From NCBI GenBank assembly GCA_024407725.1, contig JAKSVZ010000008.1, positions 1 to 32,000 of the forward strand: a stretch of 32,000 nucleotides of DNA. Reading direction: 5' to 3'. A model generated the notes under the pieces. That model was given only the letters and a program-made list of their open reading frames with translations, had not been told where the DNA came from and ran no database searches. Positions within the stretch are counted from its first letter, which is position 1; the number at the start of each line of letters is the position of its first letter. This DNA comes from Opitutales bacterium (GTDB taxonomy: Bacteria; Verrucomicrobiota; Verrucomicrobiia; Opitutales; UBA9783). The translations under genes and the position numbers were made by a program. This document shows positions 17,571-24,363 of this stretch, in pieces.

Positions 17571-17951
17571 ATGGTAAGAGTTACAAATGGGGTTGCAACA
17601 AAGCAACGTCGTAAGCGGATGTTAAAACAAGCACGCGGTTACTTCGGTAACAAGTCGCGTCTATTTAGATATGCCAACGATGCAGTATGGCGCGCTGGAA
17701 ATTTTGCATTCCGCGATCGTAGAAAGAAAAAATCAGAATTCCGCCAATTATGGATAGTCCGTATTAATGCGGCCTGTCGTTCATTGGGTGTTTCCTACAG
17801 CCGGTTTATCAACGGATTAAAAGCCCTCAACATTAATCTCGATCGTAAGCAATTAAGCGAATTTGCGATCCGCAATGAAGCAGGCTTTAAGACGTTAGTG
17901 GAACAAGTAAAGTCGCAATTAAAGACGGCTGCATCAAAATCATCTAAGTAA
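17571..17951 (+). CDS. rplT: 50S ribosomal protein L20
   Basis: 126 aa. Blocks ARGYFGNKSRLFRYANDAV...FAFRDRRKKKSEFRQLWIVRINAACR...SYSRFINGLK are canonical L20. An AGAGGA Shine-Dalgarno lies upstream. Confidence 0.95.
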   Translation: MVRVTNGVATKQRRKRMLKQARGYFGNKSRLFRYANDAVWRAGNFAFRDRRKKKSEFRQLWIVRINAACRSLGVSYSRFINGLKALNINLDRKQLSEFAIRNEAGFKTLVEQVKSQLKTAASKSSK

Positions 17952-17977
17952 CGCCGTGCAATTGAAGCTTCTCTAAC

Positions 17978-19015
17978 ATGGATGTAGATTCATTAGAGCA
18001 GTTAAAAACGGAATCACTACAGCGCATTCAACAATGCGCTGATCTAACGGAGCTTCAGTCTGTAAAAACGCAGTTTTTGGGTCCCAAAAGCACCTTAATT
18101 GAGCAAGTAAAAGCACTCAAATCACTAACAGGGCCTGAAAAAACTGAACGCGGAAAGCAACTCAACGCGATTAAAAATGCGCTGGAGGATGCGCTTGCAG
18201 AGAAAACGCATGCGCTTCACAAGCAGGAGCGGTTAAAGCGACTCGGTACGCCGGTAGATCCGACCCTACCATCGCCTTATCCTACTACAAAACCGCTTCA
18301 TCCCCTCACTCAGATTCGACTTCATATCCTATCCATTTTTAAACGCCTAGGTTATGCCGTTCAGGAGGGGAATGAAATTGAAACCGAATGGTACTGCTTC
18401 GATGCATTAAATGCTGCGCCGGATCATCCATCTCGTTCGGAACAGGATACTTTTTTCCTCAATAATTTTTGTTGTGATACAACCTCAAAGAAGGAAAATG
18501 AGCCCTTTTTGTTGCGTACACAAACCTCAACGGTTCAAATCCGAACGCTGTTAAAGCACCAACCGCCTTTGAAAATTATTTCGCCCGGTCGTGTGTTTCG
18601 CCGAGATACCGATGATGCCAAGCATCGCTTTAACTTTCATCAAATCGAAGGACTTTGTCTCGACAAAACAACCTCGGTCGCTGATTTAAAAGGAACGCTC
18701 GATTACTTCATCAAAGAATTTTTCGGCACGAACTTTAAAACGCGCTTACGTCCCAGTTTTTTCCCATTTACCGAACCAGGATTTGAAGTAGATATTTTTG
18801 CAGAAAATTTAGGAAAACTCCACAACACGTGGATTGAGGTATTGGGATGCGGAATGGTACATCCTAACGTATTAAAAAATTGCGGGTTATCAGACGACGA
18901 ATGGCAAGGGTTTGCGTTCGGAATCGGCATCGAACGCTTAGCCATGTTACGCTTAGGCATTGATGATATCCGTGCGTTGTATCAAAATGATGAACGCTTT
19001 TTATCGCAGTTTTAA
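17978..19015 (+). CDS. pheS: phenylalanine--tRNA ligase alpha subunit
   Basis: 345 aa. Class II motifs present: HPSRSEQDTFF, GRVFRRDTDDAKHRFNFHQIEGL and GFAFGIGIERLAML. Confidence 0.95.
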   Translation: MDVDSLEQLKTESLQRIQQCADLTELQSVKTQFLGPKSTLIEQVKALKSLTGPEKTERGKQLNAIKNALEDALAEKTHALHKQERLKRLGTPVDPTLPSPYPTTKPLHPLTQIRLHILSIFKRLGYAVQEGNEIETEWYCFDALNAAPDHPSRSEQDTFFLNNFCCDTTSKKENEPFLLRTQTSTVQIRTLLKHQPPLKIISPGRVFRRDTDDAKHRFNFHQIEGLCLDKTTSVADLKGTLDYFIKEFFGTNFKTRLRPSFFPFTEPGFEVDIFAENLGKLHNTWIEVLGCGMVHPNVLKNCGLSDDEWQGFAFGIGIERLAMLRLGIDDIRALYQNDERFLSQF

Positions 19016-19114
19016 GGCTGATAAAAGCCCATTGTTTCCATCCTACAATAATCTTAAAAATTTTGCTGTGATTTTGGGCAGTTTTTGCATTTTATTTAAT
19101 AAGGGCGTAGGTTT

Positions 19115-20122
19115 ATGAAAATTTTAGTTACAGGTGGTTCTGGTTTTTTAGGACGTTATCTGGTGGAAGCCTTATTAAAAGCTGGCTATACCTCCATTCG
19201 TATTTTTAACCGATCCGGTTGTTCCTGTTTTCAAACGCCCACTGTTGAAGTCGTACGTGGCGATTTAGCAGATTACGCAGCCGTCAATAACGCTTGTGCA
19301 GGGTGTGACGCCGTATTTCATGTAGCAGCAAAAGCAGGAGTTTGGGGATCCTATCGTTCTTATTACCGCCCTAATGTCATCGGTACCGAAAACGTTATCA
19401 AAGCCTGTAAGGCCAATGGGGTTAAATATTTAATCTATACCAGTTCCCCCAGCGTCGTTTGCAAAGGACAAGATTTAACCAATGCTGATGAACGAACCGG
19501 CTATGGAACCCGCGCGCACATGGGACATTACGCCTATACAAAAATGCTGGCGGAACAAAAGGTATTGGCTGCCAATGGCGATGAACTAACAACCATTGCC
19601 TTACGTCCTCATTTAATCTTTGGCCCTGGAGACAATCACTTAATTCCCACCCTCTTACAAGTAGCTAAAAAGCACAAATTACGTCAAGTGGGTGATGGCA
19701 ATAATTGGGTTGATTTATCCTATGTCAGCGATGTAGCGCACGCTCATGTTTTAGCCCTACAAGCGTTACAAACAAATTCTTACTGTGTTTCAGGCAAAGC
19801 TTACTTTATTTCATCCGGCGACCCTGTAAAACTATGGTCATGGATCCAACAATTGTTGCAACGGCTCCAATTGCCTGCAGTACGTACCCCAGCTTTATCA
19901 CCAAAGATGGCGTATGTCTTAGGGGCTTGTTTGGAAATTATCTATAAAGTGCTATGGATAAAAGCAACACCGCCTATGACGCGCTTTGTAGCCAAAGAGC
20001 TTTCGCAAAATCATTATTTTGATATATCGGCAGCCAAAATGGATCTCCATTACATCCCTCAAGTATCCATTGATGAAGGAACCGACCGCCTCATTGAGTG
20101 GCTTAAAACGCGGTGTAAATAA
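19115..20122 (+). CDS. NAD(P)-dependent 3-beta-hydroxysteroid dehydrogenase/NSDHL-like short-chain dehydrogenase (extended SDR)
   Basis: 335 aa with Rossmann motif VTGGSGFLG and catalytic YAYTKMLAE (YxxxK). The block RPHLIFGPGDNHLIPTLL...VGDGNNWVDLSYVSDVAHAHVLA aligns well, from my memory, with human NSDHL (RPHGIFGPRDPQLVPILI...[23 protein letters not shown]). Confidence 0.6.
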   Translation: MKILVTGGSGFLGRYLVEALLKAGYTSIRIFNRSGCSCFQTPTVEVVRGDLADYAAVNNACAGCDAVFHVAAKAGVWGSYRSYYRPNVIGTENVIKACKANGVKYLIYTSSPSVVCKGQDLTNADERTGYGTRAHMGHYAYTKMLAEQKVLAANGDELTTIALRPHLIFGPGDNHLIPTLLQVAKKHKLRQVGDGNNWVDLSYVSDVAHAHVLALQALQTNSYCVSGKAYFISSGDPVKLWSWIQQLLQRLQLPAVRTPALSPKMAYVLGACLEIIYKVLWIKATPPMTRFVAKELSQNHYFDISAAKMDLHYIPQVSIDEGTDRLIEWLKTRCK

Positions 20123-20271
20123 CGCGTTAACGCTCGTTAAAACTTAACGTCAAAATAGGTTGGCCCCTGTTTCGGGAGTCCTAAAGAGGGGGATATTTCG
20201 CTAATCAATCTGATGCGATGACCGACTAATCCCAAGTTTTTTTGCACATCCTTTGCTGTATTCATAAACTA

Positions 20272-20751
20272 TCAATCGACTTCTTTGCTTGTATCTGCAA
20301 CTGTTTCAATGGCCACAATCCACTTATCTACGATTTCGACAAAATTGGATAATTCATCCTCAAAGGAGTTAAAATTATGCAAAGGCAGCGTATAGGTTTT
20401 AACCAACATCAACGATTGCGATTGTTTATCCAATCCCAAGGTAGCTCCCCCTGTTCCGTTCCAGAAAAAATTATCCTCTAGAGCCTGAGTATAAATTGCC
20501 TCGCGATTAGCCAAGGGGACTTCGCCAATATAAGCGTAAATAACCAATGTTTCCTTTTTGTCATCAAAATCTAAATTGAGGATAATTTTATCATCCAACA
20601 ACAGCATGCAATGATTGTTATCATCTAGGCACAAGTCAGGTAGCCCCTGCCCACCACCAATGTGGCTTAACAAGGCATTTACGTTGTCTTTAACTTCCTG
20701 CGATGCGGTATTAGAATGCTGTTGACTCTTCTTTTTTGAACAACCACTCAT
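20272..20751 (-). CDS. CesT/SycE-family (class I) type III secretion chaperone-like protein
   Basis: 159 aa, acidic. After a polar ~25-aa N-terminal extension, the sequence follows the CesT-family pattern: NALLSHIGGGQGLPDLCLDDNNHCMLLLDDKIILNLDFDDKKETLVIYAYIGEVPLANREAIYTQALEDNFFWNGTGGATLGLDKQSQSLMLVKTYTLPLHNFNSFEDELSNFVEIVDKW. That pattern is LL..lG.....l..D.nn.c.l.fd....v.le......L.l.a.iG.lP.......y..aL..N.....t.ga.LglD.....L.L.........f..f...L..Fv..a..W. Confidence 0.6.
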   Translation of the reverse strand: MSGCSKKKSQQHSNTASQEVKDNVNALLSHIGGGQGLPDLCLDDNNHCMLLLDDKIILNLDFDDKKETLVIYAYIGEVPLANREAIYTQALEDNFFWNGTGGATLGLDKQSQSLMLVKTYTLPLHNFNSFEDELSNFVEIVDKWIVAIETVADTSKEVD

Positions 20752-20881
20752 TTTTTTAGTATAAATTTTATCACTTGATAAATCAATCGGAAAAACGCCC
20801 CTATTGCTTAACCTATTAAGTCAATCATCGATACAAAAAAGCTTTGATTATCTAAAAAAGGCGTACTATGATGCAAAGGAT

Positions 20882-22672
20882 ATGGTACGAGAGTTAAATA
20901 AACGCACTCATCATTGTGGTGCTTTAAGGAAAAGCGACCAAGGGCAATCCGTCCTATTAATCGGTTGGATACAGCATATCCGAGACCATGGAGGACTTTG
21001 TTTTATTGACTTACGGGATCGCGAAGGAATCACTCAGCTCGTCCTTAACCCCCAACAATTATCGTCGGTGATCGATCAATTAAAGCCAGAGTCGGTGATT
21101 GAAGCGCATGGAACAGTAGCCTTACGCCCTCAAGACACCGTAAATGAAAACTTACCTACCGGTGAAATTGAAGTAAACGTAAGCGAGGTTATCATACACA
21201 ATATTTGCCAAACTTTGCCCTTCCCATTGGATGAAAAAGCACAAAATGTTAGCGAAGATACACGCTTAACTTACCGTTATTTGGATTTACGGAGAAGCGT
21301 GAACCAAAAACGTTTACGGTTGCGGCATCGTGCATCGCATGTAATCCGTAACTATCTTGACCAAAACGGCTTTTTGGAAGTAGAGCTTCCGGTATTATTT
21401 AAAAGCACGCCCGAAGGAGCACGTGAGTTTTTAGTCCCGAGCCGCCTAAATCTCGGTCAATGCTATGCCTTAACGCAATCGCCTCAGCAGTATAAGCAAA
21501 TGCTGATGGTTGCTGGCATTGAGCGTTATTTCTCATTTGCAAAATGTTTCCGCGATGAGGATTTACGGGCTGATCGGCAACCAGAATTTACGCAAATCGA
21601 CCTAGAGGCTTCGTTCATCGACCGCGAAGACATGTATCCTTTGATGGAAGGGTTGATTCATTCGTTATGGAAAAACTGCTTGGATGTAGATATTCCAATC
21701 CCCTTTCCACGGCTATCGTTCCAAGAAGTCATGAATCGTTACGGTTCTGACAAGCCTGATCGTCGATTTGGCCTGGAAATTCAAGATGTCAGCGAGCTAT
21801 TTAAAAACTCGAATTTCAACGTATTTGCCAAAACAGTTCAAAATGGCGGCGTAATTAAAGCCTTAAAGGTAGAAAATTTCGCTGATATGACAGCTGGCGA
21901 ACTGAAAGAGTTGGAAGAAAGCGCAAAGCAGATGGGTGCGAAAGGGTTAGCTTTTATCAAAGTTACCCAGCAAGAATGGAAATCCCCCATTGTTAAGTTC
22001 TTATCTGACGACGAAAAACAAGGGTTAACCCAAACGCTCCAGTTGCACGATAACGACTGTGTGTTCTTTATGGCGGACAAATGGGAACAAGCCTGCACCG
22101 TATTGGGAAAAATTCGCTTAGAAATCAGTAAAATCCTAGTAAAACGCGGTAGTTTATCGATTTCAGATACGGATTACCAATTCCTATGGGTCGTAGATTT
22201 CCCGCTATTAACTTATGATCCCGAACAAGCAAAGTTTGTAGCTACGCACCATCCATTTACGGCGCCGGTTAAAGAGGATATTCCTTTGTTGAAAACCGAC
22301 CCGTATAAAGTCCGCGGTCAGCATTATGATTTGGTTCTGAATGGAATTGAGTTGGGCGGCGGCAGTATTCGTATCCACAATCCAGAACTGCAGCGCTTTA
22401 TCTTTGAGGAAATCATTAAGATTCCGGCCGATAAAGTACAGGATCGCTTTGGCTATATGTTAAGAGCCTTTTCGTTTGGAGCGCCTCCACACGGCGGTAT
22501 TGCTCTTGGATTTGACCGTTTAGTAGCGTTGATGTCTGGAACGCATAGCATTCGTGATGTTATTGCCTTCCCCAAGACCCAAAAGGGACAAGACCTTATG
22601 TCGAGCAGCCCCAGTACGGTTGACGCACAACAATTACGCACCTTAGGATTAAAAGCATTGCCCACAACTTAA
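20882..22672 (+). CDS. aspS: aspartate--tRNA ligase (bacterial type)
   Basis: Blocks present: RTHHCGALR, GWIQHIRDHGGLCFIDLRDREGITQ, FRDEDLRADRQPEFTQID, GGGSIRIH and PPHGGIALGFDRLV. Start set to the ATG at 20882 (MVRELNKRTHHCG) to match homologue N-termini. The ORF-track start at 20804 is a TTG that adds 26 non-homologous residues. Confidence 0.95.
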   Translation: MVRELNKRTHHCGALRKSDQGQSVLLIGWIQHIRDHGGLCFIDLRDREGITQLVLNPQQLSSVIDQLKPESVIEAHGTVALRPQDTVNENLPTGEIEVNVSEVIIHNICQTLPFPLDEKAQNVSEDTRLTYRYLDLRRSVNQKRLRLRHRASHVIRNYLDQNGFLEVELPVLFKSTPEGAREFLVPSRLNLGQCYALTQSPQQYKQMLMVAGIERYFSFAKCFRDEDLRADRQPEFTQIDLEASFIDREDMYPLMEGLIHSLWKNCLDVDIPIPFPRLSFQEVMNRYGSDKPDRRFGLEIQDVSELFKNSNFNVFAKTVQNGGVIKALKVENFADMTAGELKELEESAKQMGAKGLAFIKVTQQEWKSPIVKFLSDDEKQGLTQTLQLHDNDCVFFMADKWEQACTVLGKIRLEISKILVKRGSLSISDTDYQFLWVVDFPLLTYDPEQAKFVATHHPFTAPVKEDIPLLKTDPYKVRGQHYDLVLNGIELGGGSIRIHNPELQRFIFEEIIKIPADKVQDRFGYMLRAFSFGAPPHGGIALGFDRLVALMSGTHSIRDVIAFPKTQKGQDLMSSSPSTVDAQQLRTLGLKALPTT

Positions 22673-22685
22673 CGCATTACGTTTC

Positions 22686-23393
22686 ATGGAATCACAACCG
22701 TCCACCGTTCCCAATCCTCCACTGCAACATATTGCATTTATTCTGGATGGGAATGGTCGTTGGGCCAAGCAACGCAATTTGATACGAACCGAAGGGCACA
22801 AAGCCGGTGCTAAGCGCGTTCAGGAAATTGTTGAGTATGCATTTCAGCACCACAACATTCCCTATATTACGCTCTATGCGTTTTCGACCGAAAACTGGTC
22901 GCGTTCTAAATTGGAAGTGCGTGCCATCTTCCAAATTATGAAGCATTTTTTAAAAGAACGACGCCCCGAATTAATCAAAAATAAAATCAGGCTAAAGACC
23001 ATAGGGGATATTACGCGTCTGCCCAACCCGCTGCAAAAATTGCTCAACGAGGTTATGGAGGAAACTGCAGGATTTACGCGCCATACGCTGTGCATCGCGC
23101 TTAATTATGGAGCACGCGAAGAAATTATGCATGCCATCCGTTCGTTACCCAAAGGGAAAAGCGTAAACGAATGGAAGGATATAGAACCGTATTTGTACAC
23201 AGCGGGCATTCCTGATCCGGATTTAATCGTACGCACTTCCGGCGAACAACGGTTGAGCAATTTCCTGCTGTTGCAAGCAGCCTACAGCGAATTTTATTTT
23301 ACGCCTACTTACTGGCCAGATTTTGATGAAAAAGCACTGGATAAGGCACTGGATGAGTACGCACACCGTACCCGTCGTTTTGGAGGTTCATGA
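22686..23393 (+). CDS. uppS: undecaprenyl-diphosphate synthase (cis-prenyltransferase)
   Basis: 235 aa. Blocks HIAFILDGNGRWA, ITLYAFSTENW.R and DLIVRTSGEQRLSNFLLLQAAYSEFYF are canonical UppS. Confidence 0.95.
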   Translation: MESQPSTVPNPPLQHIAFILDGNGRWAKQRNLIRTEGHKAGAKRVQEIVEYAFQHHNIPYITLYAFSTENWSRSKLEVRAIFQIMKHFLKERRPELIKNKIRLKTIGDITRLPNPLQKLLNEVMEETAGFTRHTLCIALNYGAREEIMHAIRSLPKGKSVNEWKDIEPYLYTAGIPDPDLIVRTSGEQRLSNFLLLQAAYSEFYFTPTYWPDFDEKALDKALDEYAHRTRRFGGS

Positions 23394-24202
23394 TGATACA
23401 AACGCGCATTAAAAGTTCGATTGTCATCTGGGGAACCTTGCTTGCTTTAATACTTGCATTCAAGTCCTTTGGCCTCCTTTTAGCAACGCTACTAATCGCT
23501 TTTTGTGCTATCACGGAATACAATCAAATTACTCAAGTAAATCCGTTAACCGGACGAGTTACCACCATCCTCTCGTTAGTATTTTTATTAATCTACTACA
23601 CCTGCGCTCATTGCCCAAGCACCTCAATCGATTGGTTGTACCTAGGGGTAATTGGGCTTTTATGCCATTGGCACTTATTCGTGGAACCCTCCGCAAGAAC
23701 GTTTTTTCTGTCTCTGTTCCAATTCCTTTATATTCCGTTTAATTTGCACTTTTTCATCAAAATTATCGAGCATTACCAATGGTCGTCTCAGGGAATATGG
23801 GTTATCGGCTGGCTCGTCTGCATCACAAAAATTACCGATGTCGGTGGATATTTCATTGGAACCCATTTTGGGAAAACTCCCCTTGCGCCTTCCGTAAGCC
23901 CACACAAAACCGTTGAGGGAATCTATGGCGGATTTATATTCGCCATCATCACCAGCTGGCTCTATCGTGCGTTTTTTGGCGCTCATTTACCCGCGATGCA
24001 TTGGATAACATCCTTGGGCTTTACCTTAATCCTTTCTTGGATCAGCATTCTGTCCGACCTAATAGAATCGCTCATCAAACGTTACTTTTCGGTCAAAGAT
24101 TCCAGTCAATTGCTACCGGGCATCGGAGGCATTTTAGATTTAGTAGACAGCCTGCTATTAAGCATCCCCTTAGCTTATTTCCTCATCAAACACTTTTTCT
24201 AA
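23390..24202 (+). CDS. cdsA: phosphatidate cytidylyltransferase-family protein (CdsA-like) with a deviant signature motif
   Basis: 270 aa, polytopic membrane protein. C-terminal signature SLIKRYFSVKDSSQLLPGIGGILDLVDS aligns with E. coli CdsA [28 protein letters not shown]. A GGAGG Shine-Dalgarno at 23382-23386 precedes tandem ATGs at 23390/23393. The start overlaps the uppS stop. Confidence 0.8.
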   Translation: MMIQTRIKSSIVIWGTLLALILAFKSFGLLLATLLIAFCAITEYNQITQVNPLTGRVTTILSLVFLLIYYTCAHCPSTSIDWLYLGVIGLLCHWHLFVEPSARTFFLSLFQFLYIPFNLHFFIKIIEHYQWSSQGIWVIGWLVCITKITDVGGYFIGTHFGKTPLAPSVSPHKTVEGIYGGFIFAIITSWLYRAFFGAHLPAMHWITSLGFTLILSWISILSDLIESLIKRYFSVKDSSQLLPGIGGILDLVDSLLLSIPLAYFLIKHFF

Positions 24203-24219
24203 ATTCAATCGCTAGTTGA

Positions 24220-24248
24220 TTGACATTAGGCTTGGATTTTTATCCAAT
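24220..24248 (+). promoter_or_regulatory. candidate promoter for tRNA-Arg
   Basis: Perfect -35 TTGACA at 24220-24225. A 17-nt spacer leads to a weak -10 TCCAAT (24243-24248), about 14 nt upstream of the tRNA 5' end. Pattern match only. Confidence 0.3.
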
Positions 24249-24261
24249 AAAGCACAGTTAA

Positions 24262-24336
24262 GCTTTCGTCGTTCAATGGATAGGACTTCGGCCTCCGGAG
24301 CCGACGATTCGGGTTCGAGTCCCGACGAAAGCGCCA
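24262..24336 (+). tRNA. tRNA-Arg (anticodon CCG), CCA end encoded
   Basis: Hand-folded cloverleaf of 75 nt.
- Acceptor stem: GCTTTCG (24262-68) pairs with CGAAAGC (24326-32).
- D stem: GTTC pairs with GGAC.
- Anticodon stem: TCGGC pairs with GCCGA, with loop CTCCGGA; the anticodon CCG is at 24295-24297.
- T arm: TCGGG-TTCGAGT-CCCGA.
- Discriminator G, then CCA at 24334-24336. Confidence 0.9.
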
Positions 24337-24363
24337 AAAATAAGCCTAAAAACCCAAAGCGGC

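Noticed and set aside
20121-20133. Overlapping perfect palindromes AACGCGTT and GCGTTAACGC immediately after the stop of the 3-beta-HSD-like gene.
   Set aside because: A loop-less palindrome cannot form a terminator hairpin. A single 10-bp palindrome in 32 kb is within chance expectation. A protein-binding role cannot be supported from sequence alone.
20740-20751. MSGC at the N-terminus of the chaperone-like protein as a lipoprotein lipobox.
   Set aside because: There is no hydrophobic signal peptide before the Cys, and the residues that follow are highly polar and basic. This is incompatible with Sec/Lol lipoprotein processing.
20804-20881. A TTG-initiated 26-residue extension of aspS.
   Set aside because: Homologous AspRS proteins start a few residues before the R-T-H-x-C-G block. 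The ATG at 20882 gives that spacing, and the extension has no homology. The two ATGs at 20868 and 20871 are out of frame.
23675-23986. Antisense or overlapping ORFs of 60-120 aa inside confirmed genes: 23675-23986 (-) in cdsA, 24754-25092 (+) in the 575-aa gene, 26708-27070 (-) in valS, 577-795 (+) in the DegT gene and 13091-13369 (-) in the DUF4340-like gene.
   Set aside because: They lie wholly inside longer ORFs that have clear homology or better coding character. Their translations are low-complexity or Arg/Cys/Ser-rich in the manner of shadow frames, and none has a recognisable motif or ribosome-binding site.
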